IMG/VR virus record: IMGVR_UViG_3300036715_002050
Coordinates: 1 to 64,000 of that record
DNA length: 64,000 bases
Reading direction: 5' to 3' (one strand)
Source: a virus
Positions within the stretch are counted from its first letter, which is position 1. Each line of letters opens with the position of its first letter. The notes under the pieces were generated by a model, which was given only the letters and a program-made list of their open reading frames with translations, was not told the DNA's origin and ran no database searches. Of the stretch, positions 19,360 to 28,686 are shown one piece after another. A program made the translations under genes and the position numbers.

Positions 19360-21180
19360 ATGCAATACAACAAACCAAAGACCGCAGCGAAGATCATGGT
19401 GTCGGACGAAAAGAAGTTACGCCAAGTAGTGTTGGAGACGATCAAGGAGATCGCACAGCGCGTTGGGTGTACGCTGGGCCCGGGTGGACGTCCGGTATTG
19501 ATTGAAGACGAGCGTGAAGGAATGCCACCGTTCTTGACCAAGGACGGTGTGACGGTCTTCCAGCACTTGGCTTATGCTGATTCCGTCAAGCAATTGTTGC
19601 TGGAGACGATGCGCTCGGCGTCGTTGCGTACGGCAGACCAAGCTGGCGACGGCACCACGACGGCGACGATTTTGTCGGACGCCATTGTGCGTGAAGTCAT
19701 TGCGTTCTCAGAAAAGAATCCGTCGTACAGCCCTCAACAGGGGGTGCGTGCGTTGCAACGTCATTTCCAAACCGTCTTGGAACCGGCGATTGTGGGCTGG
19801 GCTAAGCACCCCAAGTTGTCCAAGCGTGCTGGGCGCAAGCAATTAGAAGCTGTTGCCACATTGTCGGCCAACGGGGACAAAGAGCTAGCCGAGGCGGTTT
19901 TGGAAGCTTACTTGATGGTAGGGGATACCGGTAACATTTCTATTAATGACGCGGACGGAAATTCATCGTACCGGGTGGAGCGTATGCGCGGGTACACCGT
20001 GCAGTCCGGTTACGAGTCTTCGTGTAAGAGTTTGTGGCCGATGTTCATCAACGACCGAGCTTTGTCACGCGTGTTATTGCGCAACCCGACAGTGATCTTG
20101 TATAACGGTCCCGTGTACAACATGGTGGCGTTGGAGCCGTTGATCGAACAGATCGTGGAAAAGGTGCCGCAGGGTGGGTCGCGTGACGTGATCATTGTTG
20201 CACACTCTTTCTCGGACATGGTTGTTGGTACGTTGGGGATGAACGCCAAAGAGGGTGACACTTTGCGCGTCGTTCCGTTGTGCGTCCCACGTACGCTCGA
20301 CGTGAACGGCCCCACAGAGCTTCTGTTGGACTTGGCGGCTTTGTCAAGCGCTTTGATCTTGGACCCCGTCAATAACCCGCTGAATTTGGCGCAGCTAGAT
20401 CAAATGGGCACCGGTTTGGAACTCGTAGAAGTAATGAAAGATCGGGCAAACTTCATTGGCCACGCTGACGAAGATATCTTGACGGACCGCATCATCGAAC
20501 TACAAGAACAACTAGAGCCCCCACGCTCCAAGCTAGACAAAATCTTGCTGCAAGGGCGCATTGGGCAGTTGACAGACGGAATTGCGCGCGTCACGGTCGT
20601 TGGTTCTACACCAGCCGACATTCGTGAGCGTAAAGACCGGGTAGATGACGCGGTATGCGCTGTTCGTGGCGCCATCAATCACGGGGTCTTGCCGGGTGGT
20701 GGGTGGACGCTGATCCGTCTGGCTACAGAAAAATTGCCTACGGGCACAACACCTGATGACGTCTTCTTGCGCACAGTGTTGTCACAAGCTTTGATGGCGC
20801 CATTCCGGAAAATCTTGGAAAACACGGGCCTGGACAAGGAGTGTACCGAACAAGCTTTGTCCAGCATTACCCAGTCTTTTGTGACCGACCGCCCCGTAGT
20901 GTTCGATGCTTTGAAAATGGGGCACGTCGACCCATTCGAATCCGGGATCTTGGACTCGGCTCCGGCGGTGCTAGAAGCTCTGCGCTCGGCCATTTCTATC
21001 GCGTCCCACTTGGGTATCTTGGGAGCCATTATCACTACGCCCCGTGACCATGAGCTAGAACGCCAAGAAGCACAAGCCAACGAAAACTTCCATCGCAACG
21101 TAAAGCTAGGTGATCGTCTGCGACAAGAGGAAATGTCGTCGGCGGTCTTTGCGGACGGCAGCGACGAACACTTGGATTAA
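19360..21180 (+). CDS. groEL: Phage chaperonin GroEL/Cpn60
   Basis: TLGPGGR, TKDGVTV, AGDGTTTAT, ERKDRVDDA and GVLPGGG motifs. Confidence 0.95.
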   Translation: MQYNKPKTAAKIMVSDEKKLRQVVLETIKEIAQRVGCTLGPGGRPVLIEDEREGMPPFLTKDGVTVFQHLAYADSVKQLLLETMRSASLRTADQAGDGTTTATILSDAIVREVIAFSEKNPSYSPQQGVRALQRHFQTVLEPAIVGWAKHPKLSKRAGRKQLEAVATLSANGDKELAEAVLEAYLMVGDTGNISINDADGNSSYRVERMRGYTVQSGYESSCKSLWPMFINDRALSRVLLRNPTVILYNGPVYNMVALEPLIEQIVEKVPQGGSRDVIIVAHSFSDMVVGTLGMNAKEGDTLRVVPLCVPRTLDVNGPTELLLDLAALSSALILDPVNNPLNLAQLDQMGTGLELVEVMKDRANFIGHADEDILTDRIIELQEQLEPPRSKLDKILLQGRIGQLTDGIARVTVVGSTPADIRERKDRVDDAVCAVRGAINHGVLPGGGWTLIRLATEKLPTGTTPDDVFLRTVLSQALMAPFRKILENTGLDKECTEQALSSITQSFVTDRPVVFDALKMGHVDPFESGILDSAPAVLEALRSAISIASHLGILGAIITTPRDHELERQEAQANENFHRNVKLGDRLRQEEMSSAVFADGSDEHLD

Positions 21181-21181
21181 C

Positions 21182-21409
21182 ATGGCTGCTTCTTTTAAGT
21201 GCGTAAAATGCGGACAGTTGACTTTGAACTTCAAAGACGATACTGTACCGTCGTGTCGTAAGTGCGGCAGCAAGACCAAGCGTCTTGCTGCCGCAGTCGG
21301 CCATGAAGTCCGGGAAACCAAAGACAATGGGTGGATGCCCGACCGTGTCGACCAACTCCAAAACCAAGAACAGTTGTTCAACGAGCGCATAGACAAGGAA
21401 AAGAAATGA
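21182..21409 (+). CDS. FmdB-like zinc-ribbon protein
   Basis: FKCVKCG...PSCRKCGS..KRL; start ATG 21182 right after the groEL stop. Confidence 0.7.
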   Translation: MAASFKCVKCGQLTLNFKDDTVPSCRKCGSKTKRLAAAVGHEVRETKDNGWMPDRVDQLQNQEQLFNERIDKEKK

Positions 21410-23571
21410 CCATTCGTCTCAAGACTTTGTCGTTTAAGAACTTCCGTTCATTTGCTGAAGGAGAAGTGACCGACTTCCCGGAGCGTGGGATCTACTTGAT
21501 CAATGGTATCAATAAGTCGTCGGGTGGGTCATCGAACAGTGGCAAGTCCAACGTGACGAACGCGCTGGCGTACTTGTTGGACTCGTGCCCATTCCCGGGC
21601 AACAGCTTGCAATCGTGGTCCACCAAGGCCAAGATGCAATGCACAGCTACGTTTGTAGATGGCGACAAGGAGATTGGGCTGGAACGCGGCGCACAAGTGG
21701 CGGTTACTTTGGGTGGGCACAAGACCGCAGGTGCTAAAGAGTACAAGCCGTTGTTGACCAAGGCGTTTGGATTGTCGTCAGAACTCATGGAAGCTTTGAC
21801 GTATCGTCGTCAAGGTGTGGGTTCGTTGTTCTTGGAGCGGTCCGACGAAGAACGCAAAAGCTTTTTGAACGAGCTATTGGGGCTAAACAAGATTGAAGAA
21901 GAATTAGAAGCCATGATAGAAGAGGCTTTAGAGTTAGAGCATCGGGCTGGAGCATTACAAGGCACATCTGCACCGGTCTGGAACAGAGGGGTGCCGGTAA
22001 TCCCGCCGCCCTTGGACGTTAAAGAATGGGCTCGTCCGCGTGACGCATTGATCATGGCGAAGCACGAGATGGTGTACCGTAAGAATCGCGCCACAGAAAA
22101 CATTGGGATGCAACGATTGCAACATAAGGCTCTGTTGGATCGTGTTGAAAAAGCGATTAGCGAACGGTCGTACAAGATCAAGCAAGAAATCTTGGCAAAC
22201 GAAACTGAGCGCCGCAATTTACCACAGACCCGTAAAATCGGCGGCGCTATGGGGCGTATTCAATTTGAACTAGACGGGCTGCGCAAAGAAGCTGCCGCCA
22301 TCGAAGCCGCCCGCGCCCGTGAGATCCGCGATATCGATTACCAAATCCGCCAAGACCAAGCGTCAGCCGAAATGCAACAAAAGAATATCGCTCAACAATT
22401 GACGGAAGTGAATTCTTCGTTGATGCAAGCCCAATCCGGAACTTGCTTTACGTGCAAACAATCGTTACCCACAGACGACGCAGTGTTACAAAGTCTGTTA
22501 GCGCGTAAGCGTCATCTGCAAGAGGCGTCGGAAGCTGTCGAAAGCGTCCGTCAAACATATGGAGCGGCATGCACAAAAGCCAAGCAAGATATCAACGCGG
22601 CTTATGACATCAAGAAAGCGGACGTACAAGCGCGGGTAGATCTGTGGCAGCCCCATTTGGCTCAAGCGGTAGACACCGAGCAAAGAGCCCAACGAGAATA
22701 CGGAGAACGAGTCCAGAAAAATCGTGATGAGGCGGCGGCGTTGCAAGCTCGATTGACCTACATTCGAGAAGAGGTACAAAAGGAGTGGGCGTCAGAAGTA
22801 GCCGAGTCCTTAGAAGAGTTGAATGGTTACATCAAAAAAGAAACCGACGAGCAGCTTTTTATTAACGACGCGCTGCTCAAGATCCAATCGTTAGAAAGCA
22901 AGATTGCGCTGGCGGAGTCCGAGCACCGTGCGCAAGTAGAAATATTCAAGCGTGATATGGCAGACTACCAAAAGTCTGTTACCGAAAACGAGCGCATCAA
23001 CGCACAAGTGGGAGAACTGCTGACGGAAGCGGCGGTTTTGCGTGAAACGATAGCGCTGTTGGGGCCACAAGGTTTCTTAGGGAGTATCATCGAACAAGTA
23101 TTGGCAGATATTACGGACCGCACCAACGAATTCTTGAAAGCGGTGCCGAACATGGTGGGTACGACGTTTGCTTTGTTGACTGAAAAAGAGTCCAAGAAAG
23201 GCGTGGTGTCCAAGAAGATCACTGCGCAAGTGTACAAATCGGGCGGACCGGGTGGAGGCACGGAGCCCATCCCCTTGACTTCCGGGCTGAGCGGAGGCAT
23301 GATGTCTGTCGTGGAGTTGGCGGTGGACATGTCGGTGCAGAAAGTGGTAGAGGAGCGCACGGGCGTGAAGTTGGGTTGGTGGGTGTTGGACGAAGTGTTT
23401 GACGGTCTAGGCCCCGTAGAAAAAGAAGCTTGTTTCGAACTGTTGCGCACGGCTAGTCACGACAAGCTGGTGTTAGTAATCGAACACGACGACAAAGCCA
23501 AAGCTTTCACCGACGGACAATTATTGATCGAGGCCGAAAATGAGCAATCCCGAGTCGTTGGGTGGTGCTAA
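21406..23571 (+). CDS. sbcC: SbcC/Rad50/gp46-like SMC ATPase
   Basis: NFRSF, Walker A SNSGKS, coiled coil with zinc hook CFTC, LSGG signature, VLDEVFD, IEH; start ATG 21406 after AAGGA. Confidence 0.92.
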   Translation: MTIRLKTLSFKNFRSFAEGEVTDFPERGIYLINGINKSSGGSSNSGKSNVTNALAYLLDSCPFPGNSLQSWSTKAKMQCTATFVDGDKEIGLERGAQVAVTLGGHKTAGAKEYKPLLTKAFGLSSELMEALTYRRQGVGSLFLERSDEERKSFLNELLGLNKIEEELEAMIEEALELEHRAGALQGTSAPVWNRGVPVIPPPLDVKEWARPRDALIMAKHEMVYRKNRATENIGMQRLQHKALLDRVEKAISERSYKIKQEILANETERRNLPQTRKIGGAMGRIQFELDGLRKEAAAIEAARAREIRDIDYQIRQDQASAEMQQKNIAQQLTEVNSSLMQAQSGTCFTCKQSLPTDDAVLQSLLARKRHLQEASEAVESVRQTYGAACTKAKQDINAAYDIKKADVQARVDLWQPHLAQAVDTEQRAQREYGERVQKNRDEAAALQARLTYIREEVQKEWASEVAESLEELNGYIKKETDEQLFINDALLKIQSLESKIALAESEHRAQVEIFKRDMADYQKSVTENERINAQVGELLTEAAVLRETIALLGPQGFLGSIIEQVLADITDRTNEFLKAVPNMVGTTFALLTEKESKKGVVSKKITAQVYKSGGPGGGTEPIPLTSGLSGGMMSVVELAVDMSVQKVVEERTGVKLGWWVLDEVFDGLGPVEKEACFELLRTASHDKLVLVIEHDDKAKAFTDGQLLIEAENEQSRVVGWC

Positions 23572-23573
23572 AA

Positions 23574-23819
23574 ATGTATGACACCACGATCCGTTTTAAT
23601 TACGTACAAGTCTTCAAACGTGCACCAGATGACAATGAAATTGTATCTACCAGCACCATGCCAATGTCGTTTAATAATCGTGACACGTACAACACGTGGC
23701 TGTCAATCGTTGGACCAGGGATTATTTCCATGAACAAGGCGTTAGACGTTGTACCGACATTTACGGTGACGAGATACATTTTGCCGCTCCCTATCCATGG
23801 AGGCAAGAAAGATGTATGA
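23574..23819 (+). CDS. Hypothetical protein
   Basis: Short ORF continuing the operon. Confidence 0.5.
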   Translation: MYDTTIRFNYVQVFKRAPDDNEIVSTSTMPMSFNNRDTYNTWLSIVGPGIISMNKALDVVPTFTVTRYILPLPIHGGKKDV

Positions 23820-24267
23820 CCACAATGACGTGAACGGTAAAACTATCGGCGGAGAAAGCTTGGTGTCCCACGCCGCAGGTGTATGGGGCGAAATTGTGGA
23901 GCGACCGTACTTCTTTGTTAAGCAAGAAATCGAAGACGCCGGTTCGTTCCACCCGGTTTCATTTTTGTTGGAGCCCGGTCCGCCCGACGAGCAAGCCATC
24001 GCGTTATTCCGGATCTTTACTACAGCCGCCCGCGTCCAAGAGTATTTGAAATACTTGGACGCGGTTTCGACAGGTAAGTACGCAATCTACGAAGACTCGT
24101 TAGAAGGGATTTTGACTAACACTTGGGAAATTTTCCGGGAAGTGCTGGCGGAGTCGGACGGACCCGGTACCGAAATTCCCCGACGCATTATTGTGGTGTC
24201 CCACTCTTACAAAGGCATGCCTTATTCAATCGAATCCATCTATGACTCCGGCGCTTCCTATCATTGA
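23812..24267 (+). CDS. Hypothetical protein
   Basis: GGAGG SD before ATG 23812. Confidence 0.65.
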   Translation: MYDHNDVNGKTIGGESLVSHAAGVWGEIVERPYFFVKQEIEDAGSFHPVSFLLEPGPPDEQAIALFRIFTTAARVQEYLKYLDAVSTGKYAIYEDSLEGILTNTWEIFREVLAESDGPGTEIPRRIIVVSHSYKGMPYSIESIYDSGASYH

Positions 24268-24538
24268 CCTTCCACCCACATGCGGGCATTGGCACCCCGG
24301 GTGGAACGGACCGTGCCCGCTGAAGCCGGTTGACAACAACCACCCCACCGTGGTAAATGTTTTACCGAAATGGCCGGTGTCTTGGGACGACCAGCTAGCT
24401 CACCAAAATCGGTATAGACAGTGGGACCAAAAAATGTTATGGTCGTACGGCACCCGGTACCAAGAATACCGAAATACACAGCACGGTGTCCGTCGAGATA
24501 ACTTAGGCGCGTCAACAGAAGGTGGCTGGTCTTTTTAA
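24242..24538 (+). CDS. Hypothetical Trp/Pro-rich protein
   Basis: Fills the operon gap; start uncertain. Confidence 0.4.
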   Translation: MTPALPIIDLPPTCGHWHPGWNGPCPLKPVDNNHPTVVNVLPKWPVSWDDQLAHQNRYRQWDQKMLWSYGTRYQEYRNTQHGVRRDNLGASTEGGWSF

Positions 24539-24560
24539 CGATGTTTGACAGGGGTCTAGC

Positions 24561-24812
24561 ATGCTAGTAGAAGACATTGAACAGCCCGCAACCAGCTCTT
24601 TTAAATCCGTAACCCCTGGGGAATGTTTTCGTCACAATGGGTCTATTTGTTTGAAGCTGCAACCACAACAGTCACAATCTGGTTCGGCAGTGGAATTGGT
24701 GACCGGGAAATTGGTAGCCGTCACCGACCCTACAATTGTCGGTCGTGTAGATGCTAGATTAAAAGTTTCCAAGTACGTACAGCCAGTTTACAGCAGCAAC
24801 GATTGTAAGTAA
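24561..24812 (+). CDS. Hypothetical small phage protein
   Basis: F..V..GECF...G...LK pattern; ORF track. Confidence 0.6.
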   Translation: MLVEDIEQPATSSFKSVTPGECFRHNGSICLKLQPQQSQSGSAVELVTGKLVAVTDPTIVGRVDARLKVSKYVQPVYSSNDCK

Positions 24813-24869
24813 AACTCAGCAAGCTTTATCAACCATGTGGTATGACTAACGGTTACACAAGGACAACAA

Positions 24870-25256
24870 ATGGCTATCGGGATTTCGAATGGTGTGGTGA
24901 CGGTGTCGTCTGACGCAATCGCAAAGCGCGGTCGTGGGCGTCCCAAGAAGGACAAGTGGGCCAATCTGCCAGATGACTTCAAGGCTGCGGCGCAGCGTGC
25001 GTCCAAGGAAGAGTTGACGGCGCTCTTTGCGGAAGTTGGTGAATCGGAAGGTCAGAACCGCAAGACCATGAATGAAGACGAAGAACTCAAGGACGCACGA
25101 GAACTTGTAAAGGATTTATCTGCTTGCTATCGTGAAACCACGAAGATGAACAAGACCAAGACGGACTTCTTGGTTGGTTGCCGTGACGGATTCCCCGATG
25201 ACAGCGCGCCGCGTGAAGCCGGTGCAGACACCGACGCGGACGACGTAGACGCGTAA
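24870..25256 (+). CDS. AT-hook-containing helical protein
   Basis: KRGRGRPKK motif, coiled coil, acidic tail; SD AAGGA; followed by a terminator. Confidence 0.7.
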   Translation: MAIGISNGVVTVSSDAIAKRGRGRPKKDKWANLPDDFKAAAQRASKEELTALFAEVGESEGQNRKTMNEDEELKDARELVKDLSACYRETTKMNKTKTDFLVGCRDGFPDDSAPREAGADTDADDVDA

Positions 25257-25274
25257 AGCTTCTTTACTTTTTCC

Positions 25275-25306
25275 GCCCCGGCTGGTTCAACTAGCCGGGG
25301 CTTTGT
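25275..25306 (+). terminator. Rho-independent terminator
   Basis: GCCCCGGCTGG / CTAGCCGGGGC stem followed by TTTGTT. Confidence 0.7.
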
Positions 25307-25341
25307 TATAGGTGCTAAAATGGGCGTCAAAAAGGACTAAC

Positions 25342-25672
25342 GTGCCTATCTTGAACTTTGAATCACGTCATGTAGGCGGCGTGGAAGTATTTAAGATAGA
25401 TTCCGAAAAAATATCGTGAAGGGTTGGAAGCCGCTGCCGAACAACTTCAAAGTGAATGTATTTCCATGAACTACCATGGCGCCGGTTGGTACGTTTTTCA
25501 ACGCACTGGAGGTTTTCGACCACGAACTTTGCGCGGTAAGTTAGTACAAGAGTTTTTGGTGGATATGCACCGCGCGGCGGGAGATGCGTTGATCGAACTA
25601 CAAAATCTAGAGCGTAAAGAAAAAGAGATGTTGCGATTTGTGGAAAGCTTAGAAAAGGAACCAAATGTCTAA
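25342..25672 (+). pseudogene. Hypothetical gene with a +1 frameshift in an A6 run
   Basis: SD AAAGGA + GTG 25342 (MPILNFESRHVGG...); removing one A at 25406-25411 joins it to the 25424..25672 ORF. Confidence 0.55.
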
Positions 25673-26302
25673 ATTACTCCGGCGTTAGACTTATCGAAGT
25701 CCACGGGTTACGCGGTATTTGAAGATGACGGGAAACAATTTCCTAAGCTCTTGGAAAAGGGCCAAATCGTCATTTCGGAAATCACGTCGACCTTTGGTAC
25801 ATATCCTTGGTCTTTTATCAATATGGCTAATCAAATGGCCGTGACCATCTATGACTTGATCAAAAGGATCATGCCTGGGCGGATCGTGATAGAAGAGACG
25901 GTCAAGGGGCGCAACAGATGGTCGCAAAAAATGCTGGAGCAGATTCATTGCTGTCTTTTGTTGCGCATGCAAAAAGGCTCCCTTGACTTAGGATCGCCCT
26001 CGGTCTACTATGTCTCTCCATCGACGTGGCGGAAACACTTAGCCATCCGCTTGGATAAGGCAGACCAAGAAAACAACAAGATCGCTCGTAAAGCGAACAA
26101 GCTCGACAAAACAGCCCGCAAAAAATTAAAGATGGAACAGGGAGTGCGCGGCATAATCTCCAAAAAACACTTAGCATTACGATGGGTAGAAACCCATTAC
26201 AATTTGACATTAAAAGTTAAAGAAGACGACATAGCAGACGTCGTTTGCTTAGGCGTTGCTTTTTCTAGAGGTTGTAAAACGGATAATGGTACGGGATATT
26301 AA
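25665..26302 (+). pseudogene. ruvC: RuvC-like Holliday junction resolvase with a frameshift near the start
   Basis: SD AAAGGA + ATG 25665 (MSKLL) is out of frame with ALDLSKSTGYAVF...IVIEE...SPSTWRK...DDIAD; 2 extra nt at about 25680-25681. Confidence 0.75.
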
Positions 26303-26455
26303 ATGATTGGATGGAATTGTCGGAACTGCCACAGAAGCTTTACCCGGGATTTTGCGCGGTGTGTGCAATGTGGCACAGCACAGCCCAATTTGTTTTACAA
26401 CTGGATTGTAGAAAAGTCCCGCACCCCCAAAGGAGTCCCATGGCGAAAAAGATAA
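26303..26455 (+). CDS. 50-aa RanBP2-type zinc-ribbon protein (below the ORF-track cutoff)
   Basis: MIGWNCRNCHRSFTRDFARCVQCGTAQP...; ATG directly after the ruvC stop; overlaps the next start. Confidence 0.65.
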   Translation: MIGWNCRNCHRSFTRDFARCVQCGTAQPNLFYNWIVEKSRTPKGVPWRKR

Positions 26456-26769
26456 AAGCCAAGAAGATAACGGCGCATCAAATAAGTGAAGCGGATTTGA
26501 TAGCTTTGCTGGAGCAAACGTACGAAGTGAAATTATCTCGATGCAACCACCCCTACAACGCTTTGGAACACAACAACACCTTGCTATGTATCCCGTTAGC
26601 AAAGTACGACCCAATCACCGAACCGTTCGTGATTGACGGTATTGCTGAAGCTATTGCCAAGCTTCGTGGTGATCACGAAATCGGGTGGCTCTTGAACACC
26701 TTGCTGAAAGACATGACTCAAAAAGAGTTGTTGCCGGAAGGAATGTTGATTGTTGACGGCATGTGGTAA
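26440..26769 (+). CDS. Hypothetical protein
   Basis: Strong SD AAGGAG before ATG 26440, preferred over 26311. Confidence 0.65.
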   Translation: MAKKIKAKKITAHQISEADLIALLEQTYEVKLSRCNHPYNALEHNNTLLCIPLAKYDPITEPFVIDGIAEAIAKLRGDHEIGWLLNTLLKDMTQKELLPEGMLIVDGMW

Positions 26770-26811
26770 TCGGCTGTTTATATAAACGCATTGAATTAAA
26801 GGAATGACAAC

Positions 26812-28677
26812 ATGGATATCGCAACAAAACTATTGTCGGAAGCGGTGTGGCACCGTACTTACGCTAAGTATTTAGCGTCGTTGAAGCGTCGTGAAATCGT
26901 AGAAGAGACGATCAATCGTTCGCACATGATGGACTTGGAACGCTTCCCGCAGATTTCCGGAGCACTGACCAAAGCCTACGACCAAGTACACGACTTAAAA
27001 GTCGCTCCGTCAATGCGCAAGTTGCAATTCGCTGGACCAGCCATTGCTGCCAATAACGCCAAGTCCTACAATTGCTCGTACTTACCAATCGACGATATCC
27101 GTGCGTTTGGAGAAACTCTATTCTTGTTGCTAGCGGGTACAGGTGTAGGTTATTCCGTTCAATCCCACCACGTATCCAAGCTGCCTGCTGTGCGCAAGCC
27201 GGTAGAAGAGTGCAAGTATGTTATCCCAGACAACATCATTGGGTGGGGCGAAGCACTAGACCGATTGATTGAAGCTTACTTCTTAGGGCGCACCCGTCCT
27301 ATCTTTGATTTTAGCCGCATCCGTCCCAAGGGTGAATTATTGTTGACCAGTGGCGGTAAAGCACCCGGACCCGAACCTTTGCGCCAGATGTTGGTGCAGG
27401 TGGAGTTCATGTTGCGTGCGGCAGTTGGGCGCAAGCTACGTCCTTTGGAAGCCCACGACATTCTTTGTGTGGTGTCGGATTGCGTGCTGTCTGGTGGATC
27501 ACGTCGCTCAGCCATGATCTCTTTGTTCGATAGAGACGACCGAGAGATGTTGGAGTGCAAGAACAAGGCCAACTATGACGGCGGCAAGAAGAATACGTTC
27601 CGTTGCCGTTCTAATAACAGTGCTGTCATGCCTCGTTCGTTAGTCACTCGTGAAGAGTTCGACCATGTGTACGATATGTGCATCGCGTCGGGCTTTGGCG
27701 AGCCCGGTTTATTTTGGACAGACGACATTGATTGGGGTACCAACCCTTGTTGCGAAGTGTCGTTGGAAGCTAATCAATTTTGCAATTTGTCTACGGTCAA
27801 CTTGACGTCAGTCAAAACCGAAAAAGATTTCTTGTCACGAGTCTATTCGGCAGCATTGCTAGGGACAGTGCAAGCTTCGTACACTAACTTTCCGTTCTTG
27901 CGCGACGTGTGGCGTGAAACGACCGAACGCGGTGCTCTAATTGGCGTGTCGTTTACCGGAATTGCCGACTGTCCTATTGAACTGTCCCCAGAATTGTTGC
28001 GTAAGGGTGCGGAATTGGTCAAAGAGGTCAACGCTAAGTACGCCAAGAAGATCGGCATCCGAGAAGCGGACCGTTGCACAGTCATCAAGCCTGAAGGAAC
28101 GTCGTCCACGGTGTTCGGTAGCTCGTCTGGCGTTCACGCTCGTTATTCAGAATACTACGTCCGTTCGGTACAGATGAACCGCGATACATCGGTTGCACAC
28201 TTCCTACAGGCCAACGTCCCGGAATTGGTCCGCGATTCGTTCTGGAACAAGAACGATGTGGTACTATCTATCCCACAGAATGCACCGGCTGGGTCCATCA
28301 CGTGGGACAAAGAGACAGCGTTGGATCTATTCTTGCGCGCAATCAAGTTTGATGAGAATTGGATTGCGCATGGGCATCGTCGTGGTGCAAACAAGAACAA
28401 CGTATCATGCACCTTAGAGATGCGTGACCACGAATGGGAGTTACTACGCAATCCGATTTGGGAAAACCGTTACAACTACACCGGGATTTCGATGTTCCCG
28501 CGTTTTGCTGGTGCAGAACAATCCCCATTCCAAGAGTGCTCCAAGGAAAAGTACGAAGAGTTGTTGGTACACGTCAAAGAATTGGACTTTTCCAAGTTAA
28601 TTGAAGAAGATGATGAAGGAAAGATGAATGAAGCTGCGGCGTGTGCTGGTGGAGCTTGCGAAATCAGCAAGATTTAA
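26812..28677 (+). CDS. nrdJ: Class II (B12-dependent) monomeric-type ribonucleotide reductase
   Basis: YNCSY, GTGVG, GG.RRSA, TNPCCE, CNL, KPEGT and C-terminal CAGGACEI; no nrdB in the window. Confidence 0.88.
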   Translation: MDIATKLLSEAVWHRTYAKYLASLKRREIVEETINRSHMMDLERFPQISGALTKAYDQVHDLKVAPSMRKLQFAGPAIAANNAKSYNCSYLPIDDIRAFGETLFLLLAGTGVGYSVQSHHVSKLPAVRKPVEECKYVIPDNIIGWGEALDRLIEAYFLGRTRPIFDFSRIRPKGELLLTSGGKAPGPEPLRQMLVQVEFMLRAAVGRKLRPLEAHDILCVVSDCVLSGGSRRSAMISLFDRDDREMLECKNKANYDGGKKNTFRCRSNNSAVMPRSLVTREEFDHVYDMCIASGFGEPGLFWTDDIDWGTNPCCEVSLEANQFCNLSTVNLTSVKTEKDFLSRVYSAALLGTVQASYTNFPFLRDVWRETTERGALIGVSFTGIADCPIELSPELLRKGAELVKEVNAKYAKKIGIREADRCTVIKPEGTSSTVFGSSSGVHARYSEYYVRSVQMNRDTSVAHFLQANVPELVRDSFWNKNDVVLSIPQNAPAGSITWDKETALDLFLRAIKFDENWIAHGHRRGANKNNVSCTLEMRDHEWELLRNPIWENRYNYTGISMFPRFAGAEQSPFQECSKEKYEELLVHVKELDFSKLIEEDDEGKMNEAAACAGGACEISKI

Positions 28678-28686
28678 GGAGCGAAC

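Noticed and set aside
24545-24573. TTGACA as -35 of a promoter
   Set aside because: No convincing -10 at 16-18 nt, and it would overlap the start of the next ORF
26311-26439. N-terminal extension of ORF 26311..26769
   Set aside because: Better explained by the zinc-finger ORF in another frame plus the strong SD at 26440
26812-28677. Class I NrdA, or an intein in the reductase
   Set aside because: Size and motifs fit monomeric class II, no nrdB is adjacent, and no intein blocks are present
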